Part shown: piece after piece, positions 6,644-14,941 of the stretch
How positions within the stretch are numbered: the stretch's first letter is position 1
How the letters are laid out: the number at the start of each line of letters is the position of its first letter
IMG/VR virus record: IMGVR_UViG_3300024518_000876
Coordinates: 1 to 26,954 of that record
DNA length: 26,954 bases
Direction: 5' to 3' (one strand)
Source: a virus
The notes under the pieces: model-generated
Told to the model about the DNA's origin: nothing
The model's database searches: none
What the model saw: only the letters and a program-made list of their open reading frames with translations
Program-made: the position numbers and the translations under genes

Positions 6644-6694
6644 TTTTGTTTATTTAATCGGTTAAAAATCAAACCATACAATTTACCGTTATAA
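6490..6694 (+). repeat. attC-like element E9 enclosing the 5' part of 6263..6643
   Basis: Arms TTGTATAGTTAAATTTTTAACC (6500-6521) and GGTTAAAAATCAAACCATACAA (6660-6681), 19/22 complementary; left core degenerate TGCTAAT, right core GTTATAA. Confidence 0.7.
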
Positions 6695-6749
6695 ACAATT
6701 AGTTTGTCCATATCTTCTAAATTCATAATTTTAAAAGTTTATACCATTA

Positions 6750-6947
6750 TTACAAAAGTTGCACTTTAGTCCAAGCTGCAATGTAGATTTTATTACCATC
6801 TTTATCTATACCATTACAATACATTCCATCAAGTCTATGTATAGTAATTTCATCTCCTTTTTTTATTGACACTGACTCAGGTGGGGTCTTTACATTTTCA
6901 TCAATTACTACTACTTTGGTTCCATATTTAACATTATGTGCTTCCAT
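6750..6947 (-). CDS. Hypothetical protein, possible SH3-like barrel
   Basis: 65-aa beta-rich ORF directly downstream of the helicase. Confidence 0.7.
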   Translation of the reverse strand: MEAHNVKYGTKVVVIDENVKTPPESVSIKKGDEITIHRLDGMYCNGIDKDGNKIYIAAWTKVQLL

Positions 6948-6953
6948 ATTTTT

Positions 6954-8204
6954 TTAATTTAATTTATTTAGGCAATCTTGAACATCTGTACAATATATAA
7001 AATTATAATTTTGCACTTGTTCAAACATTTTATTTACCCATACTTTTTCTTGAGTATCTGCTGTCATAATGATAAATACTTTACCAATCTGACCGTTCTC
7101 TCTTAATCTTCCTAATCTTTGTATTAAATCTTTTTGTTTAGAGTAATAAGACATTAATATACAAGCATCTAAATCCTTTAAATTAGCACCTTGTTTTAGC
7201 TTTTTAAACGACCCAATGACTCTTATATAATTATTATCAAATGCAGTTCTTATTTGGCTGTTTTTAGCCTCAGAATTACGAGATGATACTGTATTCTTTG
7301 TCACTTGTAATAAAGAATCTATAGAGTTACCAAATATTATAACTTTACCAGTTAATTTTCTGATTATTTGTTTAGTAACTTCTATTTTAGAAGGTAAATC
7401 ATACAGAATTTTACTTCTTCTACCTGCTGCACTAGTAATTTTAATGCTTTTTTGATTCTCTAATTTTTCAATTCTTTTTAGATATGTTTTGTGGTCCTCC
7501 CCTTCTTTTTTATTATAATTAATTTCAGCATTTATATTATCTTTAAATACTTTATCCCAATATGTATATGCTTTAGCTTCAGTTTGCATAAAAGGCTTTC
7601 TAGCACTTCCTGCTTTAATACTTTTAACTGAGTCATCTAACTTATGATTAATTATATAGATGTCTAAATTTCTAGCTGTACCTTCCTCTAAACCCTGATT
7701 TAAATGATACTGATAACATATAGGCGCTACTTTAGATAAATAGTAACCTTTTGTTTTATTTTCTTCTTCATAATAAGTTTCAACATCTATTAAGGCTGAT
7801 AAACCTATAATAGCAGAAAAATCATTATTTTTATAGAATTGAGAATAGGCAGGTGTTAAGCTATCATGTATTTCATCAGCTATAACTAATCCTATTCTTC
7901 TTCCTTTCCACTTATAAACAGTCTGATAACATTCAAACTGTAGATTGTAATCTACTAATACGTTTCTATTAAATATTTCATTATATTTATTTATCTGCGC
8001 TAGTAAATCACGTTGTCTGTCAACTACTTCTGCCAAAAAGTAATGTACTACATTTTTATCTTTAGGCATTGTATATAGGGCATGTAGCCCAACAAAGGTT
8101 TTACCTAACCCGGTTATAATTTCACATGTACCATGCTTATCACTGTTTAACCAGGCAGATATAGCCTTTTGTTGAACTTCATCCTTTTTCTTAATACTAA
8201 TCAA
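6954..8204 (-). CDS. Superfamily 2 (DExH, ResIII/UvsW-like) helicase
   Basis: TGLGKT, IADEIH, GLSA, QGANL, QRLGRLR; TTG start. Confidence 0.9.
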   Translation of the reverse strand: MISIKKKDEVQQKAISAWLNSDKHGTCEIITGLGKTFVGLHALYTMPKDKNVVHYFLAEVVDRQRDLLAQINKYNEIFNRNVLVDYNLQFECYQTVYKWKGRRIGLVIADEIHDSLTPAYSQFYKNNDFSAIIGLSALIDVETYYEEENKTKGYYLSKVAPICYQYHLNQGLEEGTARNLDIYIINHKLDDSVKSIKAGSARKPFMQTEAKAYTYWDKVFKDNINAEINYNKKEGEDHKTYLKRIEKLENQKSIKITSAAGRRSKILYDLPSKIEVTKQIIRKLTGKVIIFGNSIDSLLQVTKNTVSSRNSEAKNSQIRTAFDNNYIRVIGSFKKLKQGANLKDLDACILMSYYSKQKDLIQRLGRLRENGQIGKVFIIMTADTQEKVWVNKMFEQVQNYNFIYCTDVQDCLNKLN

Positions 8205-8206
8205 TA

Positions 8207-8320
8207 CTAATTATTTTTTAATAGTAATATAACATTTTGTATTTCTGCTATTTCATCAGATCCAAGTCTATCACTCCAATCTAACATTTGTTGTAATTTT
8301 TGAATTGCTTTTTTATTCAT
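8207..8320 (-). CDS. 37-aa hypothetical protein
   Basis: Below cutoff: MNKKAIQKLQQMLDWSDRLGSDEIAEIQNVILLLKNN; fills the nrdA-helicase gap with 2-nt spacers on both sides. Confidence 0.65.
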   Translation of the reverse strand: MNKKAIQKLQQMLDWSDRLGSDEIAEIQNVILLLKNN

Positions 8321-8322
8321 AA

Positions 8323-10047
8323 TTATCCTTCGCACATCTGACACTCAGAGTATAAGTCTCTTTGTTCAGAATCCGCTCTTAAAATACTTTCACTTCTAAA
8401 ATAGTATAGAGCTTTTAACCCTACTTCCCATGCAGCTATATGTACTTGATTAATAAATTTAGCAGGAGCATCTTGTTGAAATGCTAAGTTAATACTTTGA
8501 CCTTGGTCAATATATTTTTGTCTCAACCCTGCTTGTTTAACTAGTTCAAGTTGATTAATTTCCTTAAAGGTTTTAAATACATCCTTTTCTTCTTCAGATA
8601 GGCATCTAATATTTGCTACTGAACCTTTATCTGCAATAATTTGATCCCACACTTGGTGAATATCTCTTTCTTTACTTTGTAATAACTTAACTAACTCTGG
8701 ATTTCTTCTAATATGCAAACCCTTAGCATCATCATCTACATAGATATTAGCTGCTAATGGTTCTACACCCTGCGAAATACCTCCGGCAAGCTTAGCAGAG
8801 CTCCTATTAGGTGCAATAGCCATTAAAGTAAGGTTTCTACGACCTGTTCCTTTACACCATTCTGGTTCTCCTAATACTTCTCCTAATTCTAATGTAGCTG
8901 CTTCTGATTTAGCTTGTATATCTCCAAATATTTTATTAGTTAATCCATTAGCATATATAGAAACAAATGGTATATTTTTAGATTGTAAATAAGAATGCCA
9001 TCCTAATGTACCTAAACCTAGTGCTCTAGATTTTATAGCAAATCTTGTAGCATCTTCTATACCTTTTATATGCCTACTTCTATTTATGAAATCTTCTATT
9101 ACTGCGTCTAAAAAGTAAATAGCTAATTTAACAGTATTAGTATCTTTCCATTCGTCACACTTGTGCAAATTTAAAGAAGATAAACAACATACTAAGGTAT
9201 GATTAGGATCAGTTGGTAACATAATCTCACTACATAAATTACTATGATGTATTGTTAAATTATTCTTTTGCCAAAATCCTGGTAAGTTTTTATTTGCATT
9301 ATCTTTAAAGAATACATAAGGTTCACCTGTTTTAACTCTTTTCTTTAATGTTTCAGTCCAAAGTTTACGTTCTTTACCATTAGAAGCAATTACTTTGTGC
9401 ATAAAAGAGTCTTCTACTACTGCTCCTTGATGTATATTATGACATTGTCTATTAATATCTCCTTTAGGTTCTCTTATTTCTAAGAAATCTTCATAATCAC
9501 CATGATTTGTATTTAGGTACATTGCTACTGCACCTCTTCTGGTATCTCCTTGTTTTGAGGCTAATATTGTACTATCATAAGATTTAATCTGAGGAATAAC
9601 TCCATCTGCTTTACCTAATTCTCCATTTCTAATAAGAGCACCTGTAGGACGTACTAATGAAAAATCATAAGCAGTACCTCCACCACATTTAGATAACATT
9701 CTTAATTCAGTCTGTTTACGACCTAATTCAAACATATCATCTCCTACTTGTCCTGAAAAACAACTAATAGGTAATCCTTTATTTGTACCAAAATTAACCA
9801 TAACAGGAGTGGATGGTATTAACCACCCATTCCATAGTATGTTGAAAAATTCACTCTCTAACGATGCATCTTTTAAATAATAAGCTGCCGTAACTGCAAG
9901 TCTTTGATAACCTTGCTTAGGTGTTTCATTCTCCTGTAAATAACCACCTTTAATAGTAGTTAAATATAAAGGGTTATTACCCCATTCTGGATAGTCTTTA
10001 CCTGCTACCCATCCCATATCGCTCGCTAATTTATGAGTTTCTATCAT
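8323..10047 (-). CDS. nrdA: Class I ribonucleotide reductase alpha subunit (short, no ATP cone)
   Basis: GLPISCF, GGGT, RRGA, SNLCSEI, APNRSS, DQGQS, LYYFRS, C-terminal CQMCEG. Confidence 0.95.
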   Translation of the reverse strand: MIETHKLASDMGWVAGKDYPEWGNNPLYLTTIKGGYLQENETPKQGYQRLAVTAAYYLKDASLESEFFNILWNGWLIPSTPVMVNFGTNKGLPISCFSGQVGDDMFELGRKQTELRMLSKCGGGTAYDFSLVRPTGALIRNGELGKADGVIPQIKSYDSTILASKQGDTRRGAVAMYLNTNHGDYEDFLEIREPKGDINRQCHNIHQGAVVEDSFMHKVIASNGKERKLWTETLKKRVKTGEPYVFFKDNANKNLPGFWQKNNLTIHHSNLCSEIMLPTDPNHTLVCCLSSLNLHKCDEWKDTNTVKLAIYFLDAVIEDFINRSRHIKGIEDATRFAIKSRALGLGTLGWHSYLQSKNIPFVSIYANGLTNKIFGDIQAKSEAATLELGEVLGEPEWCKGTGRRNLTLMAIAPNRSSAKLAGGISQGVEPLAANIYVDDDAKGLHIRRNPELVKLLQSKERDIHQVWDQIIADKGSVANIRCLSEEEKDVFKTFKEINQLELVKQAGLRQKYIDQGQSINLAFQQDAPAKFINQVHIAAWEVGLKALYYFRSESILRADSEQRDLYSECQMCEG

Positions 10048-10050
10048 ATA

Positions 10051-10251
10051 TTAGTATAAATTTGTTATAAAGTTAGTACGCATCCTTACTGCTTCTGCAG
10101 TGGTTGTAGCTAATCCAACATAGTAACTATTAGACTTTGAATTGTTTCTAACATTTACTCTTACTTCAAATTTTCCTGTAGCTTTATGCTTACTTATTCC
10201 TTTTAAGCCCGTATTAGTTGAGCGTATTTTTCTTGTTTTTTCCATCTTCAT
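10051..10251 (-). CDS. Stand-alone AP2-like DNA-binding protein
   Basis: NTGLKGIS..GKFEVRV..YVGLATTTAEAVRMR matches the AP2 pattern of HNH-AP2 endonucleases; no HNH motif. Confidence 0.65.
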   Translation of the reverse strand: MKMEKTRKIRSTNTGLKGISKHKATGKFEVRVNVRNNSKSNSYYVGLATTTAEAVRMRTNFITNLY

Positions 10252-10264
10252 GTATTATTTTTTA

Positions 10265-11224
10265 TTAAAATAAATCCTCTTCCCAATCTTCATTTGGTTT
10301 ACTATAATTAGTTTCTCTGTTAACAAAGAAATCAGTCTGTTGTTCTCCAGACACTAATATGTAAAACCATTTCATTTCTTTAAATAGTTCATCGTCTACT
10401 TGATATATAGGTTCTAAATTCAACTCTACTAATTTCCTGTTAGCTCTATCAAGCATAAAATTTTTAAGTTGTTCTTTAGAAATGGTCTCTAGACCTTTAC
10501 CAGTAAATACACTGTCTATGTAATGAAATTCATTTTGTATAGCTAAATCTATACCTTGATATATTGAGTCTTTTAACTCTTTATCCCATATATCTGGGTT
10601 TTCTTCTATAATAGTTCTAAAAATCTTACACCCTGCTTCAGAATGCAATGATTCATCTCTAACTGAAAATATCATTTGTTGACCTACTCCAGTTAATCTA
10701 TTGCTTTTTCTAAATGAAAGCAATATAGCAAAGCTACTAAATAATTGTATACCTTCAGCTGCTGCACTGAATAAAGCTATAGATCTTGCTTTATCTCTTA
10801 ATGTACCAGTATTAGGTTCTACTTTCATTAGTATTCCTAACTTACGCATTGTAGCTTCGTCTTCTAAAAATTCTTCAAAATTATCTAGTCCTAATGAATC
10901 ATTTAAATAACTATAAGCTACTGCATGAATAGTCTCAAAAGCACCAAAAGTTTGTCCCATCATTTTAATTTCAGGAACAGGAAACCATTGTGGAATATAA
11001 GAACTCCAATAGTTACCTACTTGTGTTTCAGTTTGGGTAAATCCTTTTAGAATATTACCAATTGTTTGTTTTTCATCTTCATTTAAGTTTTCATTCCAAT
11101 CCTTAATATCTTGTGCCATGTTGATTTCAGTATGCAACCAATGTGCATTCTGTTGTTTAAACCAATAATCATAAGCCCATTGATATTGAAATGGTTTAAA
11201 AGCTATCCTTTCTTTATTTATCAT
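10265..11224 (-). CDS. nrdB: Class I ribonucleotide reductase beta subunit
   Basis: KPFQYQWA, HW, ETIHAVAY, EGIQLFSSF, RDESLH, TDFF..R.T.Y. Confidence 0.95.
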   Translation of the reverse strand: MINKERIAFKPFQYQWAYDYWFKQQNAHWLHTEINMAQDIKDWNENLNEDEKQTIGNILKGFTQTETQVGNYWSSYIPQWFPVPEIKMMGQTFGAFETIHAVAYSYLNDSLGLDNFEEFLEDEATMRKLGILMKVEPNTGTLRDKARSIALFSAAAEGIQLFSSFAILLSFRKSNRLTGVGQQMIFSVRDESLHSEAGCKIFRTIIEENPDIWDKELKDSIYQGIDLAIQNEFHYIDSVFTGKGLETISKEQLKNFMLDRANRKLVELNLEPIYQVDDELFKEMKWFYILVSGEQQTDFFVNRETNYSKPNEDWEEDLF

Positions 11225-11228
11225 TTAT

Positions 11229-11732
11229 TTATTTGTTTGTGCTACCAAACCCATTACTACCTCGCTCAGTAGTATCTAAGGCTTCTTCTAGCCATTCGCA
11301 TTGTTCTACTTTGTTTAGTACTCCTTGTGCTATTCTTTCTCCTAATTTCAATTTAACATTAAAGTTACCATGATTTACTAAGATTATATCCACTTCTCCT
11401 CTAAAATCTGAATCTATAGTTCCAGGAGAATTCATAATAGTAATACCTTGATTCCAAGCCATACCACTTCTAGGACGTACTTGTAATTCGTATCCTTTAG
11501 GAATCTCCATTTTAATTCCTGTACCTATTTTAAGCCTGTATCCAGGTTTAAATTCTACTTCAGTATTATCATGTGCAGAGATTAATTCTTCTCCCATTCC
11601 CATTCCTTCTATGTACCTACCTACTGCAATTATTTTAAAATTATTAATTATAAAATCAAAACCTGCAGATCCAGTGGTCTGATATGAAGGTAACTCTACT
11701 TTATCATTACATCTTAATACTTTTACTTTCAT
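11229..11732 (-). CDS. dut: Trimeric dUTPase
   Basis: SAGFD, RPRSG, GTIDSDFRGE, RIAQ, RGSNGFGST. Confidence 0.95.
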   Translation of the reverse strand: MKVKVLRCNDKVELPSYQTTGSAGFDFIINNFKIIAVGRYIEGMGMGEELISAHDNTEVEFKPGYRLKIGTGIKMEIPKGYELQVRPRSGMAWNQGITIMNSPGTIDSDFRGEVDIILVNHGNFNVKLKLGERIAQGVLNKVEQCEWLEEALDTTERGSNGFGSTNK

Positions 11733-12282
11733 TGTTTTTTTCTTTTAATTCAAAGGATTCATTAGATTTATAAACATAATCCCCTAATTCTGCATTACTA
11801 TTTATTTTGACTTTTAAATTCTTTTCTAATTCTTTCCTTAATGATTGCTCTTTATATAAAATTTGCTTAAGTTTCCTTAAAAACCCAATCGCGGCAGGTT
11901 TGTCTCCGTAGACATCTGTCCAAAATTCTAGTATTAACTCTTTGGCATCTTCCCCAAATTCTGAGTACTTACTTTCAATTAACTTATTATACTCTGTCAA
12001 GTATTCTTCTGGAAATTTAAATACATAAAGTACTTTATTACCAATATCTATTAACTCTACAAATAATTCATTTTTTGTAAACTTATGTTCATACTTAGTA
12101 AACTCAGGATTTTTAAAATCAAAGTCATGTAAAAGAAGTAAACAATTTGGATATTTATCATCCATATCAAACATAAATGTATTCTCTAAAAAAGGAAGAA
12201 AATCTTTATCAAACTCTAAAATTTCACTAAGTAGAGGTAACAAATATGTTTTTGATTTATTATATTTTATTTTTTTACTCAT
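11707..12282 (-). CDS. Conserved hypothetical phage protein
   Basis: 191 aa overlapping both neighbours; YLLPLL and SKYSEF motifs; no function recognised. Confidence 0.8.
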   Translation of the reverse strand: MSKKIKYNKSKTYLLPLLSEILEFDKDFLPFLENTFMFDMDDKYPNCLLLLHDFDFKNPEFTKYEHKFTKNELFVELIDIGNKVLYVFKFPEEYLTEYNKLIESKYSEFGEDAKELILEFWTDVYGDKPAAIGFLRKLKQILYKEQSLRKELEKNLKVKINSNAELGDYVYKSNESFELKEKNNESKSIKM

Positions 12283-13342
12283 CTACTACATTTATAAAGT
12301 TATCATTTAGTTCTTTATGTCCGTTAGATTCGTGAGTTAATTTACTTGTACTAAATACTTTATTAATCCAATGCCAAGCAATTAAATCTATAGTTTCATC
12401 TAATCCTGGGAAATAAATTCCTCTGTCAGTTGTAAACCCATTTAAAGCTGCTTTTTCCCACTTCTCTGTAAAAGTATATATAGCGGGTATTTTGTCAAAC
12501 CTAGATATATACACAAAATCAAATGGTAATACTGTATAACCTTCTATTTGTAACAACTTCATAACTTTATTAGCTGCAATTTGGTACAATTTAGCTTGTA
12601 TATAGTAGTTAAACGCTAATACACTGCTTAGAAATTGTCCTTCATTTTTAGCTCCAGTCTTTAAATCTTTAATAGCTATAGTTTTATTTTCATGGTCTAC
12701 TTGTACCATATCTAGATATGCTAAAAAGTCAAATCCACGGTAATTAAAAGTAACTTCAAATTGATAATGATTCTCTAAATCCGTATCAAATAAATGCTTA
12801 GTATGAGAATGTGTTCTCAGTGCATTTACAGTTAAATCTGCGTTATCTTTCTCTACTACTGTTATAACTTCTTTTCCTTCAGATAGTGCTGTATTATATA
12901 CATACGTTACAAATTCTTCAGTAAGTATTTTTTCAAGTCTTTTAGCAGGGTCTGTAGTTCTAACCCAGAGTCCTTCAGATGCATACAGTAATGCTTGTAA
13001 AAAGTTTTCATTTATATCTGTAATTTCTTCATCTACAATTGCTAATGAACTAATAATCTCTTTTGCAGATAAACTATTTAATACGTTATCTGCCACTACT
13101 CCTAAAGAAGCTGTTGGTTTTTTAAAATCATTAATAACATACTCGTCATTAAATCTTTCTTTTTCAAATAATAATAAATCTATTAATTTACCCATTTTAA
13201 TACCTTCATTAGAGATTTTCTTACGTTTCTCTAACACTGAAGGTCCGTTTTGTATAAATGAGGATACTCTACTTGCTGATAGTCTTAAATCAGAATTAGT
13301 TGAGTCCGATAGTAAATTTTCTAGTGTGCTTGCTTCTCCCAT
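12275..13342 (-). CDS. PD-(D/E)xK (RecB/Cas4-like) exonuclease
   Basis: LSASRV, GKLID, YLD..KDLKTG, YYIQAKLY. Confidence 0.8.
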   Translation of the reverse strand: MGEASTLENLLSDSTNSDLRLSASRVSSFIQNGPSVLEKRKKISNEGIKMGKLIDLLLFEKERFNDEYVINDFKKPTASLGVVADNVLNSLSAKEIISSLAIVDEEITDINENFLQALLYASEGLWVRTTDPAKRLEKILTEEFVTYVYNTALSEGKEVITVVEKDNADLTVNALRTHSHTKHLFDTDLENHYQFEVTFNYRGFDFLAYLDMVQVDHENKTIAIKDLKTGAKNEGQFLSSVLAFNYYIQAKLYQIAANKVMKLLQIEGYTVLPFDFVYISRFDKIPAIYTFTEKWEKAALNGFTTDRGIYFPGLDETIDLIAWHWINKVFSTSKLTHESNGHKELNDNFINVVDE

Positions 13343-13613
13343 TCGCCCTTGTTTTATTTGTAATTGAACTCTCTATTGCATTAATTGTGTAATCATATAA
13401 CTTATTACATTCTTTAATTTGAGTATCAACTACTGGGTCTTTTAACCCATTAATTTTTAATTCTGTTTGTTGCCTATCTAGTTCCATTAACGTATTGTCT
13501 ATAACTAACCTAGCTGAGTTGTATTCATTACTATTTAAATAATTTACAAATTTCTCACAACGTTCATTTGTTAATATTTGCTTCGCAGCAGTTTCTATTT
13601 TTTTGTTTATCAT
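13296..13613 (-). CDS. Hypothetical helical protein
   Basis: Likely ATG at 13613 (MINKKIE), 1 nt after the upstream stop. Confidence 0.7.
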   Translation of the reverse strand: MINKKIETAAKQILTNERCEKFVNYLNSNEYNSARLVIDNTLMELDRQQTELKINGLKDPVVDTQIKECNKLYDYTINAIESSITNKTRANGRSKHTRKFTIGLN

Positions 13614-13614
13614 A

Positions 13615-14082
13615 TTAAAATATTTTAAGATAAACACCGGGAGCTTCCTTGTCCACACTGTACCATTTTACAGTTCTAATGTTATCTTCTGTTGGTAATT
13701 CGCCATCTATTGACATTGGTACAGGGTATATTCTACTAACATCATCATCTTCAATAAAATCATGTGCTGTTAATAAATCAAATATAATCTCTGTACTATT
13801 TCCAAAATCAAATAGTCGCTTACTCTTTCTTACTTGGTGAAATCCTAAGAAAATAGGGTTTCCCTTATCTCCTCTCATTTCATCCCATTCCGCCCTTAAT
13901 TGTTCAAATTTATTGGGTCTAGTCTTATCTACGTAGCCTTTTACTGTCTTTCTAGTAGAACTAAACGCTTGTATTCCTAAACTCCTAATAAACCTATTAA
14001 CAGTAGGGGAACTGAATATTCCCCTAGCTGTTTTTACTTTTGAATTCTTTAGAGAAGGTACATTTCCTTCTATAAATATCAT
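13615..14082 (-). CDS. RusA-like Holliday junction resolvase
   Basis: Likely ATG at 14082; GNVPSLKN, RLFDFGN..IFDLL..IEDDD acidic pattern. Confidence 0.7.
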   Translation of the reverse strand: MIFIEGNVPSLKNSKVKTARGIFSSPTVNRFIRSLGIQAFSSTRKTVKGYVDKTRPNKFEQLRAEWDEMRGDKGNPIFLGFHQVRKSKRLFDFGNSTEIIFDLLTAHDFIEDDDVSRIYPVPMSIDGELPTEDNIRTVKWYSVDKEAPGVYLKIF

Positions 14083-14107
14083 TAATTTATTCTTCTCATA
14101 GTTTTTA

Positions 14108-14941
14108 TTAAAATATGTATCTAATAGTATTATAATCAAAGAAATCTGTGTATTCACTCTTAAATACATAAATTGCTTTTGCTTTGTATTCTAAAGGGTA
14201 TCTCATAACACCCATTTTATTTTTAACTTGATTAGCTTTAAACATCATTTCTGAAGCCAAGCCATTTACTCTTTTCATCTGCATAGGATGATTAGTTAAA
14301 AATATTACCTCACATTTATTTTCTCCCGCTATTTTATTTACTTGTTTAAAAAGCTTTCTATACTCTTTTCTAAAGTCTTTATAAATAATAACTGGTGAGT
14401 AATTAATGTGTACTTCCCAACCTAAATCTTTAAGTCTGTTTATATCGTGTATCCTAGACTTTATACTTTGCATTCTAGGTTCTAATATGTTTGAGTATGT
14501 TTGTGGCATAATACTAACCCTAACTCTAGGTTTCTTAATGAAATGATTTACATCTAACTTTAACAAGCTAGGATACTTTGTAGCCATAGTTGTGTTAATT
14601 TCAGGATGATCATCATACATTTTAAGATAGTCTATTAAAGGTATAGGACAATGCTTCTGCATAAGTATTAAATCTGTATTACATGCAACATCTACCATTT
14701 TGTAAACAGGATCTTGTTGGTCTGGTAGTTTTACGTAAGTTTTTGCCCACTCAAACACAGAAGATACAATATCCATTACATTAGTATTTACAAACACTCT
14801 TTTTCCATTATACCTAGACATATAACAATAAGTGTTAACACAACCTCCAAAACAACCATAGATTAGATTTGGAGCAATTGAGTTAGCACTATTGTTATTA
14901 GGTTTGGTAACTAAACTTTTTGTTACTTGGTATTTAATCAT
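14108..14941 (-). CDS. splB: Spore photoproduct lyase-like radical SAM enzyme
   Basis: GCFGGCVNTYCY cluster motif, ACNTD (position of the SPL H-donor Cys), TKY, RVRVS, SRIHDINRL, NYSPVI. Confidence 0.75.
   Translation of the reverse strand: MIKYQVTKSLVTKPNNNSANSIAPNLIYGCFGGCVNTYCYMSRYNGKRVFVNTNVMDIVSSVFEWAKTYVKLPDQQDPVYKMVDVACNTDLILMQKHCPIPLIDYLKMYDDHPEINTTMATKYPSLLKLDVNHFIKKPRVRVSIMPQTYSNILEPRMQSIKSRIHDINRLKDLGWEVHINYSPVIIYKDFRKEYRKLFKQVNKIAGENKCEVIFLTNHPMQMKRVNGLASEMMFKANQVKNKMGVMRYPLEYKAKAIYVFKSEYTDFFDYNTIRYIF

Larger units (their letters stand above)
4326..6694. mobile_element. Array of attC-like palindromes delimiting single-gene cassettes (CALIN-like; no integrase in window)
   Basis: Eight complete AAC...GTT hairpins (two with one degenerate core) plus one orphan left arm; gene units carry unit-specific terminal inverted repeats. 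Confidence 0.75.

Noticed and set aside
4326-6694. CRISPR array interpretation of the repeats
   Set aside because: Repeats are degenerate hairpins of variable length separated by whole genes, not identical repeats with 30-40 bp spacers; no cas genes.
6622-6726. 34-codon minus-strand ORF MNLEDMDKLIVYNGKLYGLIF..
   Set aside because: Crosses the E9 right arm and overlaps the next gene; no independent support.
12275-13342. Cas4 / CRISPR adaptation gene
   Set aside because: No Fe-S cysteine cluster; context indicates a replication/recombination exonuclease.
14082-14099. Minigene MRRIN* coupled by TAATG to the resolvase start
   Set aside because: Five codons; could be a remnant or coupling device but is indistinguishable from chance.
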